In this document: positions 39,291 through 48,916 of the stretch, piece by piece
Position numbering within the stretch: the first letter of the stretch is position 1
Layout: the number at the start of each line of letters is the position of its first letter
Source: Thermodesulfobacteriota bacterium
GTDB lineage: Bacteria; Desulfobacterota; BSN033; UBA1163
Reading direction: 5' to 3'
DNA: 64,000 nucleotides
Assembly: GCA_035625415.1 (NCBI GenBank)
Contig: DASPPQ010000070.1
Span: 6,052-70,051 of the forward strand
Made by a program: the position numbers and the translations under genes
The notes under the pieces: generated by a model
The model's input: only the letters and a program-made list of their open reading frames with translations
Told to the model about the DNA's origin: nothing
The model's database searches: none

Positions 39291-40169
39291 TCACTTATCG
39301 CCAAGCCATTTTACTTTAGCCGGATTCCGTGCCACCACTCTCAGGAACTCAACATCGGGATATCCGACTGTGAATGTTGCATGAACCTGATGATCATCAG
39401 GAATTTTCAGCACCTTTCTTAGCTCATCCGAACGCTTGAGTGCGGTAACCAAAAAGCCGTTGAGACAGGTTCCCAGGCCCATTGTTTCGGCCATCAAGAC
39501 CATATGCATTGCTGAAAGACCCGTATCGACATCGGCGGACGTCGTCGCCCCTTGCATTGTGTGGATCAGAATTAGCGCAGGGGCATGATAGAACAGCTGG
39601 TCTATTCCTTCTTCCCATTTTCTTGCCATCCGTTCCCAAACCGGCGGATAATTTTGGATGGGAATGAATTCCTCGGGTAAAGGCTCCTTTAATTGATCAT
39701 GCCTTTGGAAGGCTTTTTTCACCGATTCCCCAAGTCTCTGTAATGTCTGAACTGCTAATAGGCCTGCCCGATCTAAAAGTTCTCTTCCCCTGACGACCGT
39801 ATATTCGCAGGGCTGCCGATTTCCTCCCGTAGGAGCAAATCGCCCTGCTTCCAGGATCATTCTTAGTTTTTCAATTTCTACTGGTCTCTTCTTGTAAACC
39901 CTTGTGCTCCGACGTCGGCGAAGGAACCTGAGAAACTCGGATGGATCGGGGAGTTTATCCCCGCTCAGGACGGGTTCAAATTCATTCTCGTCGAGATGAG
40001 AGAAACTCGGCGCATCCGTCGGGCAGACGGCTCTGCAATGCCCACAAAAGATACAAACCTCCGGTTCCGTGACCACAACTTCCTTATCCCCCTCTTCCAA
40101 TATTCGTCTAACACAGACCGGAACACAGAGGCCGCATAACGTGCATCGCTTCGCATCGATCGAGATCAT
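39291..40169 (-). CDS. nitroreductase-family protein with N-terminal 2x[4Fe-4S] ferredoxin domain
   Basis: CTLCGLCVPVC and CIFCGHCRAVCP clusters, then RRRSTRVYKK..GGNRQP, the nitroreductase FMN-binding pattern. Confidence 0.8.
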   Translation of the reverse strand: MISIDAKRCTLCGLCVPVCVRRILEEGDKEVVVTEPEVCIFCGHCRAVCPTDAPSFSHLDENEFEPVLSGDKLPDPSEFLRFLRRRRSTRVYKKRPVEIEKLRMILEAGRFAPTGGNRQPCEYTVVRGRELLDRAGLLAVQTLQRLGESVKKAFQRHDQLKEPLPEEFIPIQNYPPVWERMARKWEEGIDQLFYHAPALILIHTMQGATTSADVDTGLSAMHMVLMAETMGLGTCLNGFLVTALKRSDELRKVLKIPDDHQVHATFTVGYPDVEFLRVVARNPAKVKWLGDK

Positions 40170-40217
40170 TGGTGCTCCTTCCTAAGTGTCGTGGCTCAAA
40201 AGTGCCTCACTTTGATT

Positions 40218-40357
40218 GTCATTCCGGGCTTGACCCGGAATCCAGGCGTCGTCACGGCGAAAGCCGGGACCATTTTATACCCTGGGTCCCGATTTTCATC
40301 GGGAACCCTGGATTCCTGCTGGAGTCTACCCCGTACCTGATACGGGGCAGGAATGAC
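40218..40357. repeat. MITE/REP-like nested-palindrome element, copy 2 (longest)
   Basis: gtcattccgggcttgacccggaatccagg ... ctggattcctgctggagtctaccccgtacctgatacggggcaggaatgac. Confidence 0.75.
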
Positions 40358-40428
40358 GAAAAAGTAATGCCAAAAATTCAAATATCTCTGGCTACAATTT
40401 ATTGGGGTGATAGAGCTTCATACTTGGT

Positions 40429-41424
40429 TTATTCCCCAACAATCTTATTTGCCTTTTTCAATAGCTCAGGGGGGACGATTGCTCCCTGAGCCTTTGCGGC
40501 CTTCTCGTTGATCAGAAGAACCAACTTCTCCCCAAGTTCCCAGGGAATGTCTCCCGCCTGCTCCCCTTTCAGAATCCGCACAGCCTTCCTTCCCGCAGAA
40601 TAGCCGATTTGGGAGTAATCCCATCCATAAGCGGCCATCGCACCTTTTGTGACGCATTTGAGATCACCCCCGAAGAGAGGGATTTTCTTCTCATTACAGA
40701 CCTTCGCGATGGTATCGAAAGAAGAAAGGGCGATATGATCATAGGTGATGTAAATGATCTGGGCCTTTCTTGCAAGAAATTCAGCTGCCGGCAGGATCTC
40801 GTCACCGTTCGAAGTCGTTACTTCGATCAGTTCAACTTTCAACCTGCTGGCAGCCTCCCGGAGCTCTTTGACATAAAGAATAGACCTGGGATCTCCCGCA
40901 TTATAAATCGTTCCCCATTTTTTTGCCCTGGGAAAAAATCTGGAGTACATCTCCAATTGCAGGGTCACAGGCCATCGATCGCTGACACCCGTCACATTGG
41001 TTCCGGTTTTTGTCCCAGCGCGACTCCTTTTGGGTATGAGTCCGGCAAAAACAGGCTCCGTAACAGAGGAGAAGACGATAGGAACATCTTTGATGACCTT
41101 TATCACCGCCCTTGAAGAGGGGGTGCCGATGCTGTGGATCAGGTCCAGATCGGCATTCAAAAACTTATGGGCAATCGTCCGGGTATGATTTATATCTTCC
41201 TGCGCATTTTGTCGGTCATAAATGACATTGGTGCCCTCTTTGAACCCGGCCTCGGCCAAGGCCTTCTCAAACCCCTTGGCGTCTGCATCGAAATCCGAAT
41301 AGGAGACCGTCTGAGCCACGCCGATTCTGCATATGATTTGTTTAGATGCTTTTCCCTGGGCAAAGGAAAGGACCGGGAAGATAACGAGTAACAGGACCGA
41401 AATAAAGTGTAGTTTCTTCGACAT
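40429..41424 (-). CDS. ABC transporter substrate-binding protein (COG2984-type, uncharacterised ligand)
   Basis: Signal peptide, then IGVAQTVSYSDFDADAKGFEKALAEAGFKEG.NV.YD.QNAQ. No cognate permease or ATPase adjacent. Confidence 0.65.
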   Translation of the reverse strand: MSKKLHFISVLLLVIFPVLSFAQGKASKQIICRIGVAQTVSYSDFDADAKGFEKALAEAGFKEGTNVIYDRQNAQEDINHTRTIAHKFLNADLDLIHSIGTPSSRAVIKVIKDVPIVFSSVTEPVFAGLIPKRSRAGTKTGTNVTGVSDRWPVTLQLEMYSRFFPRAKKWGTIYNAGDPRSILYVKELREAASRLKVELIEVTTSNGDEILPAAEFLARKAQIIYITYDHIALSSFDTIAKVCNEKKIPLFGGDLKCVTKGAMAAYGWDYSQIGYSAGRKAVRILKGEQAGDIPWELGEKLVLLINEKAAKAQGAIVPPELLKKANKIVGE

Positions 41425-41801
41425 AGTTCAATGTCTTAATGACGGCACTCACCTCGTAATCCCTTTAATGGATGAACAGGATTCAAGGATTCAAGGGGTT
41501 AAGTTGAGAATTTAAAAACACTTGTATCCTGAAACTCTCAAATCCTCGAAACCTTTCGAACCTTTTTTTCACCCATCGACGGATGAAAGTTGATAAAAAA
41601 ATACCATCTTTTCCCTCACCTGTCAATTTTGATAAGCCACACAGGGCATCCTCCTACGTCCCTCCTTGCGGGACTACGGCGGACAGGTGGCGCTTGCTTG
41701 CGCCAAGAGGCTTCAGCGGGTAAACATGGAGCATAGCGCAAGAATGTTTTGCCAAACACACCACCTTGAAGATCCGTCCGAATTGATATAAATTAACCGA
41801 G

Positions 41802-42659
41802 ATGTTGCGTCTTTACATATTCCTCTCTGTCGGAATCATTGCCATCTCCACCGCTTCAATATTTGTCAAGCTCTGCGATGCGCCGGCTCTGATCATCGCC
41901 ACCTACCGGCTCATGCTTGCCTCCCTGATACTGTCCCCTTTCGCTGGTTATAAAAAACCATGGAGAGGATGGGAGCGAAAGGAATTGGGATGGTTTTTTC
42001 TCTCCGGCCTCTTCCTTAGCCTCCACTTCGCCTTATGGATTGCCTCTTTGAAGTATACTTCGGTAGCCAGTTCAGTGGTCCTGGTGACCACCCACCCCAT
42101 TTTTGTTGGCACTGGAAGCTGGCTCTTATTAAAAGAACGGATGGAGATGGGTTTAGTGTTAGGGATTGCCCTCTCCGTTCTCGGGAGTGGCTTGATCAGC
42201 TATGGGGATATGAGTCTTTCAAAAGAAGCCTTGATGGGAGATGGACTGGCCCTTCTGGGAGCCATCGCCGCATCGGGATACTTGCTTGTCGGAAGAAAGA
42301 TGAGAAAGGATCAGGAACTTTTCTCTTACATCTTCCCTGTTTACTCAATAGCTGGATTGATATTGATCCTCCTTTCCCTTATTTTTCGGCAATCCTTTTG
42401 TGGATATTCGCTTTCTACTTATTTCTATTTCCTTCTCCTCGCCCTTGTCCCTCAATTGATTGGTCATACAACCTTCAATTGGGCGTTGAAGTACCTTCCG
42501 GCATCCATGGTAGCCGTTGCCATTTTAGGAGAACCTATCGGGTCCACGATTTTAGCTTACTTTATTTTGGGGGAAGGGCTGACGGTCTGGAAAATTCTTG
42601 GGGGGATCTCCATTTTTGCCGGAATCTCAATTGCCCTTAGAAGAACCAATAAATTTTGA
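41802..42659 (+). CDS. EamA/DMT-family transporter
   Basis: 10 predicted helices in two EamA repeats. 285 aa. Confidence 0.8.
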   Translation: MLRLYIFLSVGIIAISTASIFVKLCDAPALIIATYRLMLASLILSPFAGYKKPWRGWERKELGWFFLSGLFLSLHFALWIASLKYTSVASSVVLVTTHPIFVGTGSWLLLKERMEMGLVLGIALSVLGSGLISYGDMSLSKEALMGDGLALLGAIAASGYLLVGRKMRKDQELFSYIFPVYSIAGLILILLSLIFRQSFCGYSLSTYFYFLLLALVPQLIGHTTFNWALKYLPASMVAVAILGEPIGSTILAYFILGEGLTVWKILGGISIFAGISIALRRTNKF

Positions 42660-42701
42660 ATACCAATGTTCGTCCAACGCTTCTTTACTTTTGGTTGGGG
42701 T

Positions 42702-42789
42702 GTCATGCCGCGCTTGATGCGGCATCCAGACTCTGTTTTTCTGGATTCCTGCTGGAGTTTACCCCGATGAAAACCGGGGCAGGAATGAC
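42702..42789. repeat. MITE/REP-like element, copy 3
   Basis: gtcatgccgcgcttgatgcggcatccag...ctggattcctgctggagtttaccccgatgaaaaccggggcaggaatgac. Confidence 0.75.
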
Positions 42790-42863
42790 AATCATAGTAA
42801 AGAGAATGGTTACGCACTACGCTAGAATACGTATTAGAATGATAGTGAGGAGGGGATAAGAAC

Positions 42864-43343
42864 ATGAGATTTGTCGTTCATGAACATCATGCAACACGAC
42901 TCCATTACGATTTTCGGCTGGAGATCGCCGAGGTCCTTAAATCATGGGCCATTCCCAAGGGACCTTCTATGAACCCTGCGGATAAGCGGCTCGCTGTCAT
43001 GGTGGACGATCATCCTCTTGAATATGGCGATTTTGAGGGAATCATTCCACAAGGGCAATACGGAGCCGGACCGGTCCTTATCTGGGATTCGGGCGAGTTT
43101 CAACCAGAGGGAGATCCAGAATCTGGTCTAAAAAAGGGCAGGCTGAGTTTTACCCTGAAAGGAAAAAAATTAAAGGGTGGCTTTGCTCTCATTTTGATGA
43201 AAGGTAGAGGGAGGGGTAAGGACTGGCTCCTCATCAAGGGACAAGATTCATTTGCCAAGAAGGACTGGGAGATCAAAGAGGAACTCGCACCGGCCAAGAG
43301 GAAAAAACTTGCTGAGAAGATCCCGCCGTGTAAAACCAGTTAA
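42864..43343 (+). CDS. stand-alone LigD-type 3'-phosphoesterase domain protein
   Basis: FVVHEHHATRLHYDFRLE..LKSWAIPKGPS..YG.GPVLIWD.G, the hallmark of the LigD PE domain. Confidence 0.8.
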   Translation: MRFVVHEHHATRLHYDFRLEIAEVLKSWAIPKGPSMNPADKRLAVMVDDHPLEYGDFEGIIPQGQYGAGPVLIWDSGEFQPEGDPESGLKKGRLSFTLKGKKLKGGFALILMKGRGRGKDWLLIKGQDSFAKKDWEIKEELAPAKRKKLAEKIPPCKTS

Positions 43344-43411
43344 GACGTCCAACAGTCTGGTCGTCGCTTAGTCGGATAGTCAATAGACTATAAGACTGTT
43401 AGACTATAGGA

Positions 43412-44281
43412 TTAAGGGACCTTTATTAGTGCATTCCAATCGGCGGAGAATCGCTCCATCCCTTTGTCGGTCAATTCATGGCGGATGTCATAGGTTTCCC
43501 ATTTTTTTGTAAGGTCAATCTCTTTGAAAGGGATGCCTCTTAAATTAGCTGAATCGTAGACATAGTCGCCTTTGGGTAAAGGCAGTCCCTTTTCGCCCCA
43601 TTCTTTTAAAACGTTGAACGGCGCTGTGATAATGTCCGAACCGAGCCTGAGGGCATAGAGGAGATGATCCAGTTTTCTTACACTGGCCGTCAAGACCATG
43701 ATATGGCCGTCTCCCTTCCGGTACATTTTAAGAATGTGGGAGATCACATCCATCCCATTCTCTCCCCTATCGTCCAGCCGGCCAATAAAAGGAGAGACAA
43801 AGACATCGCCCCTTTTCGCACCCTTGGTCGCTGCATAAACCGCCGCAGCCTGGTCTTGAGTGAAACAGAGGGTCAGGTTGACTCGCATCCCACTCTTGAC
43901 GACCTGCTCTGCCGCTTTCAGTCCCTCTCTTGATACGGGAAATTTAATATGGGCATTCGGAATCCAGGAAAACATCTTTCCGGCCTGCTTCAACATCGCT
44001 TCAGCAAGGGTTGAAAGATCCGAATAGACTTCAATAGAAATCGACCCCTGGGGGATCAGTTTAGAAATTTCTTTCACCGTTTCCCGATAAAAACCGATGA
44101 TCTCTTCTCCGGTGAATTTTTCTCCCTTCTCAAGGCGTTGACGGGCTCTGGGGTTTTTCGAGATGAGGGTTGGGTTCGTTGTCTGTCCGTCAAGGAATCC
44201 GAGAAGGCCGATGATCTTCCTCGTCTCGTCAGGATCTCCTCCATCCAAAAATATTCTTGTCCTGAGATCTTTGGGTTTCAT
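43412..44281 (-). CDS. tal: transaldolase-family protein
   Basis: GQTTNPTLI, IKFPVS (Schiff-base Lys region), SPFIGRLDD. Confidence 0.8.
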   Translation of the reverse strand: MKPKDLRTRIFLDGGDPDETRKIIGLLGFLDGQTTNPTLISKNPRARQRLEKGEKFTGEEIIGFYRETVKEISKLIPQGSISIEVYSDLSTLAEAMLKQAGKMFSWIPNAHIKFPVSREGLKAAEQVVKSGMRVNLTLCFTQDQAAAVYAATKGAKRGDVFVSPFIGRLDDRGENGMDVISHILKMYRKGDGHIMVLTASVRKLDHLLYALRLGSDIITAPFNVLKEWGEKGLPLPKGDYVYDSANLRGIPFKEIDLTKKWETYDIRHELTDKGMERFSADWNALIKVP

Positions 44282-44292
44282 AGAACCTCCTG

Positions 44293-45102
44293 TTATCGTC
44301 TCTTCTTTTCGGTTTCTTTTGCATCGATGGCAAATCGCTCTGTCGCTAAGCCCTTATCCAGAGAGCTGGGAACTGCTTCCTGGTCGATCACAAACAGAAG
44401 ATTTCCAGTTCTCGGTTGAACCATCGATGCCGGCAACGAGCGACCGTCCCCGGCTAATATCTTTTTCAGGACAGGCGCTTTATTCTTCCCTCTCACAAAA
44501 AAAATGACGTGTTCTGCGTGATTGATGACCGGCAGGGTCAGGGTGATCCGATCATGTCTGACCTCGTCAAGCACAACTGCGGCAGTCAGGTGCCTGCGCT
44601 CGCTCAAAGCTCTACTGCCGGGAAAAAGCGAAGCGGTATGACCGTCTTCGCCGATGCCCAAAAGTATAAGACCAAAGGCAGGGCATTGACCTTTTGAAAC
44701 TTTGAAGAATCTCATTAAATCCTTCTCATACTCTCTTGCTGAAGCATCCAAGCTCCCTTTCCCCGTGGAGATTGGATGAATATTTTCTTCAGGGATGGGG
44801 ATTTTCCCAAAAAGTGTTTCCTTCAGCATCCTGTAATTGCTCTCCTTATCATCACGAGATACAAACCTTTCGTCCACAAGGAAGACCTGTGTTTTCGCCC
44901 AAGAGGATTTACTGTCCCATTCAGCCAGCTTCTGATAAAAAATGATAGGCGTTCTCCCTCCTGAAACTCCTACGGTGAAACATCCTCTTTTGTCAATGCC
45001 TTCTCTTGAAATATCTTCCCATTGTTCTACCATGAATTTCAACATTTGATCTTCGCGATCGAAGACCAACACGTTCTTTCCAAACTTTGAATTGGAAATC
45101 AC
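44293..45102 (-). CDS. pgl: 6-phosphogluconolactonase
   Basis: VGVSGGRTP, LLGIGEDGHTASLFPG. Confidence 0.85.
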   Translation of the reverse strand: MISNSKFGKNVLVFDREDQMLKFMVEQWEDISREGIDKRGCFTVGVSGGRTPIIFYQKLAEWDSKSSWAKTQVFLVDERFVSRDDKESNYRMLKETLFGKIPIPEENIHPISTGKGSLDASAREYEKDLMRFFKVSKGQCPAFGLILLGIGEDGHTASLFPGSRALSERRHLTAAVVLDEVRHDRITLTLPVINHAEHVIFFVRGKNKAPVLKKILAGDGRSLPASMVQPRTGNLLFVIDQEAVPSSLDKGLATERFAIDAKETEKKRR

Positions 45103-45285
45103 GCTTTTCAGTCCTGCCTGTCCCTGACCCTATCCGTCAACAAAAAGCCTTTAGGGGATAACTTTTATGCTATCAAAAGTGGCCTGGCGAAGGAATAGGG
45201 TCTCCTCTGTATTTTTGCGGTAAGAAATACGGTATCTTCATGATTGCGCCCGGACCAGCGGAACTCCCTAAGTCGAACTCGCTGC

Positions 45286-46266
45286 TTAGCATCTAAACAA
45301 TGGAAGCTGTGCCAGAGCTTTCTTCCCTAACACAGCTTTCACCCTTCCGGAGCCGCATAAATCTCCCTTCAAGTCCGGGTTCTTACACTGGCAGACCGAG
45401 GCAGTGATCCCGAACCTTTCTGCAATTCCCCTCATCCTTTGATATCCCTTTTCTCTGACGGTCTTGGGAAGAAGTTTTGTCTTAGCAGAAGAACCGATGG
45501 TCTTCCATTCTTGAATCCCAAAACAGGATTCCATCATCTTTCGGTGAAGAGGACAAAGTTCCGTCATCAATTGTTTCTGAATGGCAGGCCGGAGATGGAG
45601 ATAACTGAGAGTCACTCGCTTCATTCCGATTTCCCTCAACCGTCTGAACAGGGCCGTCGCCCCGATTTCTGTATCTGTGACGAAGGGAATGATAGGATCG
45701 ATCCTGACCTCTGGAACAATCCCGATCTCTTTCAGCCTTTGAACATTCTCCAGCCTCTCTTCTGGAAATGGAGTTCCAGGTTCATATTCCCTCCAATATC
45801 GCTCCGAGAAAGAAACCACTCCAATCTGAGCAAGAATTTTGTCAGGAGATCGTTTGAAGAGACTAAAGAACCGATGAGGGATGGACCCTTTCGTTAAGAA
45901 AGAAATTCCAACTCCATGATCAATGAGAATCTGAATGACCTCGTAGGTAGCATTAAGAATATCAGGATGAGGTTGAAAGCAATCGGAAGCGGTATTCAGA
46001 ATCGCCCATTGAGGAAGAACCTTCTTCTTTTCCAACTCCTCTTTCAAAAGGTTGGGCAAATTGACATAAAGATAGACCTCGCCTTGCGGGGGAGCCTGCC
46101 GGTATCCTCTGGCATAACAGTAAGTGCACTGAAAGAGACAACCGTTGGTAATATTGAGGGTGGGGATTCCTTTAAGGCAACCGAACTGAGCCGGGGTGAG
46201 GACCTTACCCTTTCTCTGCCGAGAAATAACCTTATCGCTTTCCAATTCCGTGCTCGCTCTTTGCAT
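45286..46266 (-). CDS. radical SAM protein (SPL/'DNA repair photolyase' COG1533-like)
   Basis: CLFQCTYCYARG (CX3CX2C) near the N-terminus. TIM-barrel-sized 326 aa. Confidence 0.7.
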   Translation of the reverse strand: MQRASTELESDKVISRQRKGKVLTPAQFGCLKGIPTLNITNGCLFQCTYCYARGYRQAPPQGEVYLYVNLPNLLKEELEKKKVLPQWAILNTASDCFQPHPDILNATYEVIQILIDHGVGISFLTKGSIPHRFFSLFKRSPDKILAQIGVVSFSERYWREYEPGTPFPEERLENVQRLKEIGIVPEVRIDPIIPFVTDTEIGATALFRRLREIGMKRVTLSYLHLRPAIQKQLMTELCPLHRKMMESCFGIQEWKTIGSSAKTKLLPKTVREKGYQRMRGIAERFGITASVCQCKNPDLKGDLCGSGRVKAVLGKKALAQLPLFRC

Positions 46267-46693
46267 TGATGGGCTGATAAGGGACGGCTTATTTATGGCG
46301 CCGGCGCTTCAGCTTGTCCCGAGCTGCTTCCAGATAAATGTGAACGACAGGGGTGTAACCGGGATAGGGGCAGAAACGGGTTTTTTGGATTTTTCATTGG
46401 AACAAGCTGAAGAAAAGAAAGTCAAGAATAGCAGCACTAAAATTCCAATGAGAAAAGGTCCCAGATGCGCTCTCATCCGTGTGGCGTGATGAGCCTCAGA
46501 CAATCGATATTTCATCCCCACCTCTACTGTAACCATATTATCTACTAATATTTTGGAAATCTTTTGTCAATTTTCCAAAAAGAAGGCGCGGGAGTCCAAA
46601 AACCAATTGACATTCAATAATCTTTCAGCGATATTGTCTTGGGTTAACATGACGGTACTATTAGGGTATTCGGAACAGGGATGTAAGATAGAG

Positions 46694-48091
46694 ATGAAAA
46701 AAATACTGGTCGTCGATGACGAGAAGGATACCGTGGAGATGATCACCGCGCTCCTGGAACTGGAGGGATATCGAGTCCTGCCCGCCTTCTCCGGGGATGA
46801 GGCGATGAGAATCTTAGAGGCGGAAAGTCAAAAAGTTCCGGAATCGGAAACGCCCGTCGATCTGATCCTCCTCGATATCCTGCTGGGCGATACGGATGGA
46901 AGGGATATCTGTCTCAAAATCAAGGAGGATGAGAAATTAAAATTCATCCCGGTCATCATCCTTACCGTTCGGTCAAGCCTACAGGACAAGATCAACAGCC
47001 TCAACCTGGGAGCGGACGACTACCTCACGAAGCCGTTTATCAACGAGGAATTGCTCGCCAAGGCGCGAGTGATGCTTCGGATTAAAGATCTTCGTGACGA
47101 ACTGAAAAGGGAGCAGGACAAGAATATTCTCCTCACCCAAGCATTGGAAGAACGATACAGTTTCGGAAACATCCTCGGGAAGAATGCCCGGATGCAAGAG
47201 GTTTTCGAATTGATCTCGGACATTGCGAACACGGATTCTACCGCTTTGATTCAGGGTGAAAGCGGTACCGGAAAGGAGTTGATCGCCAGGGCGATTCATT
47301 TCAACAGCCACCGGAAAAACAAACCCTTTGTCGTCGCCAATTGTTCTGCTTATTCTCAGAACCTTCTGGAGAGTGAACTCTTCGGTCATGAAAAAGGTTC
47401 TTTCACCGGGGCCATCCGGCGAAAGATTGGCCGCTTTGAAATGGCCAATGGAGGAACAATCTTCCTCGACGAGATTGGTGAGGTTTCTCCTCCCACTCAG
47501 ATCCTGCTCCTCCGGGTCTTACAAGACCACCGTTTTGAGAGGGTGGGCGGAGAGGAGACGCTGGAGGTCGACGTCAGGGTGATTGCCGCGACGAACAAAA
47601 ATCTGACTGAAGAGATGAAGAATGGGACTTTTAGGGAAGATCTCTACTATCGGCTCAACGTGATTCCCATTTTCGTCCCCCCCCTCCGTGAGAGAAGAGA
47701 TGACATCCCCCTTCTGGCCTCTCATTTCTTACAAAGATTCAGCCAAGAAAGGAAAAAAAAGGTGATCAGTTTTTCTCCTGAAGTCATGGAAATTATCCTT
47801 GCCCACTCTTGGCCCGGAAATGTCCGTGAATTAGAGAATATCATTGACCATGCGATCATCGTCGCCAAACAGGATAAGATTTTGCTTAAGGATCTCCCGC
47901 AGTACCTTCTCCTAAAGCCCTTGCCAACGCAGGAATTCGCAACCCTCCAGGATTACGAGAAGAACTTGATTTTAAGAACTCTGCAAGAAACGAATTGGAA
48001 TAAACATAAGGCAGCAAAAAGACTAAACATTAATCGTTCTACCCTTTATGGAAAGATGAAAAAGTATGGGTTGAAAAGAGTACAGATTTAA
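46694..48091 (+). CDS. sigma54-dependent response regulator (NtrC/Fis family: REC-AAA+-HTH)
   Basis: The ATG at 46694 gives MKKILVVDDEKD. GESGTGKE Walker A, GAFTGA-variant GSFTGA, ESELFGHEKG, C-terminal Fis HTH (AAKRLNINRSTLYGKMKKYG). Confidence 0.9.
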   Translation: MKKILVVDDEKDTVEMITALLELEGYRVLPAFSGDEAMRILEAESQKVPESETPVDLILLDILLGDTDGRDICLKIKEDEKLKFIPVIILTVRSSLQDKINSLNLGADDYLTKPFINEELLAKARVMLRIKDLRDELKREQDKNILLTQALEERYSFGNILGKNARMQEVFELISDIANTDSTALIQGESGTGKELIARAIHFNSHRKNKPFVVANCSAYSQNLLESELFGHEKGSFTGAIRRKIGRFEMANGGTIFLDEIGEVSPPTQILLLRVLQDHRFERVGGEETLEVDVRVIAATNKNLTEEMKNGTFREDLYYRLNVIPIFVPPLRERRDDIPLLASHFLQRFSQERKKKVISFSPEVMEIILAHSWPGNVRELENIIDHAIIVAKQDKILLKDLPQYLLLKPLPTQEFATLQDYEKNLILRTLQETNWNKHKAAKRLNINRSTLYGKMKKYGLKRVQI

Positions 48092-48280
48092 TACAGACCT
48101 GTTTAAAAATAGACATTTTTTTAACTTATTGAAATTTAAATATTTTTTAATCAATGTAATCGAAAAATAAAAATCAACAGTTTAGAATTATACAAATTTT
48201 TCAGCCAATCACCATTTACCTCCGAGCTCTACATTCTTGTAAGCTAATAACTTATTGATATCTTAATAAAATCTTATCAT

Positions 48281-48296
48281 TGGTATAAGAATTGCT
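48281..48296 (+). promoter_or_regulatory. sigma54 (-24/-12) promoter TGGTAT-N5-TTGCT
   Basis: GG at 48282-83 and GC at 48294-95 with exactly 10 nt between. Matches TGGCAC-N5-TTGCW at 9 of the 12 specified positions (TGG, A, TTGC and W). 37 nt upstream of a small ORF with a GGAGG RBS. Confidence 0.6.
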
Positions 48297-48331
48297 AATA
48301 ATTCGGGCATTCTAAGAAACGGAGGTCAATT

Positions 48332-48475
48332 ATGAAGTGTAATCGATGCGGTGGAAAAATGGTTTTTGAAAAATTCTACGGAATTTGTGAAGAGTTTTTC
48401 GGATGGAGATGCATTTTCTGCGGTGAAATCGTTGACAAGGTTATCCTGGAGAATCGCCTCGAACAGAAACGGTAA
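48332..48475 (+). CDS. 47-aa zinc-ribbon protein (not in ORF track)
   Basis: MKCNRCGGKMVFEKFYGICEEFFGWRCIFCGEIVDKVILENRLEQKR. Two CxxC pairs. GGAGG 6 nt upstream. Directly downstream of the sigma54 promoter. Confidence 0.6.
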   Translation: MKCNRCGGKMVFEKFYGICEEFFGWRCIFCGEIVDKVILENRLEQKR

Positions 48476-48527
48476 AGCTCCCTTCCCAAAAGCTAATTGA
48501 ATGAACTCAAGTTGGAAGGGAATAATC

Positions 48528-48893
48528 ATGGTTAGTAAGATTTGTATTGTGGATCACGATCTTGCCAGTCGAGGCTACTTAAGAGAATGTTTGGAGAAAG
48601 AGGGTCACCAGGTTATCACCTTAGTTAGCGGTTACCAAATCAAACCTTACCTTTCTAAAGAACCTCTTAATATCCTCATCTTAAATATTGATAGCCCCGG
48701 GGTTAAAGAAAAGGGGCTATTGTCCGAGATTCAGAACTCCTGCCGGTCAAGAATCCTTCTTGTCGTCTCAGAAAGGGGGGACCCCTTCCTCAAAGAGGCC
48801 ATCGACGCGGGCGTTTATGGTTTTATTCATAAGCCCTTTAATCTCGCCGAGGTCTGTACGATGGTCACCCATTTGACCCGATCATCCGCATAG
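48528..48893 (+). CDS. stand-alone receiver (REC) domain protein
   Basis: ICIVDHD.., ILILNIDSPG (phospho-acceptor Asp position), FIHKPF (conserved Lys). The ATG at 48528 is preceded by GGAAGGG. Confidence 0.7.
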   Translation: MVSKICIVDHDLASRGYLRECLEKEGHQVITLVSGYQIKPYLSKEPLNILILNIDSPGVKEKGLLSEIQNSCRSRILLVVSERGDPFLKEAIDAGVYGFIHKPFNLAEVCTMVTHLTRSSA

Positions 48894-48916
48894 CAGATAA
48901 AGGAGTCTAAACATTT

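Noticed and set aside
46309-46476. Possible small lipoprotein (MRAHLGPFLIGILVLLFLTFFSSAC...) upstream of the radical SAM gene.
   Set aside because: It has a signal-peptide-like and lipobox-like segment, but no Shine-Dalgarno sequence, and the short mature part has no recognisable features. The evidence is insufficient to list it as a feature.
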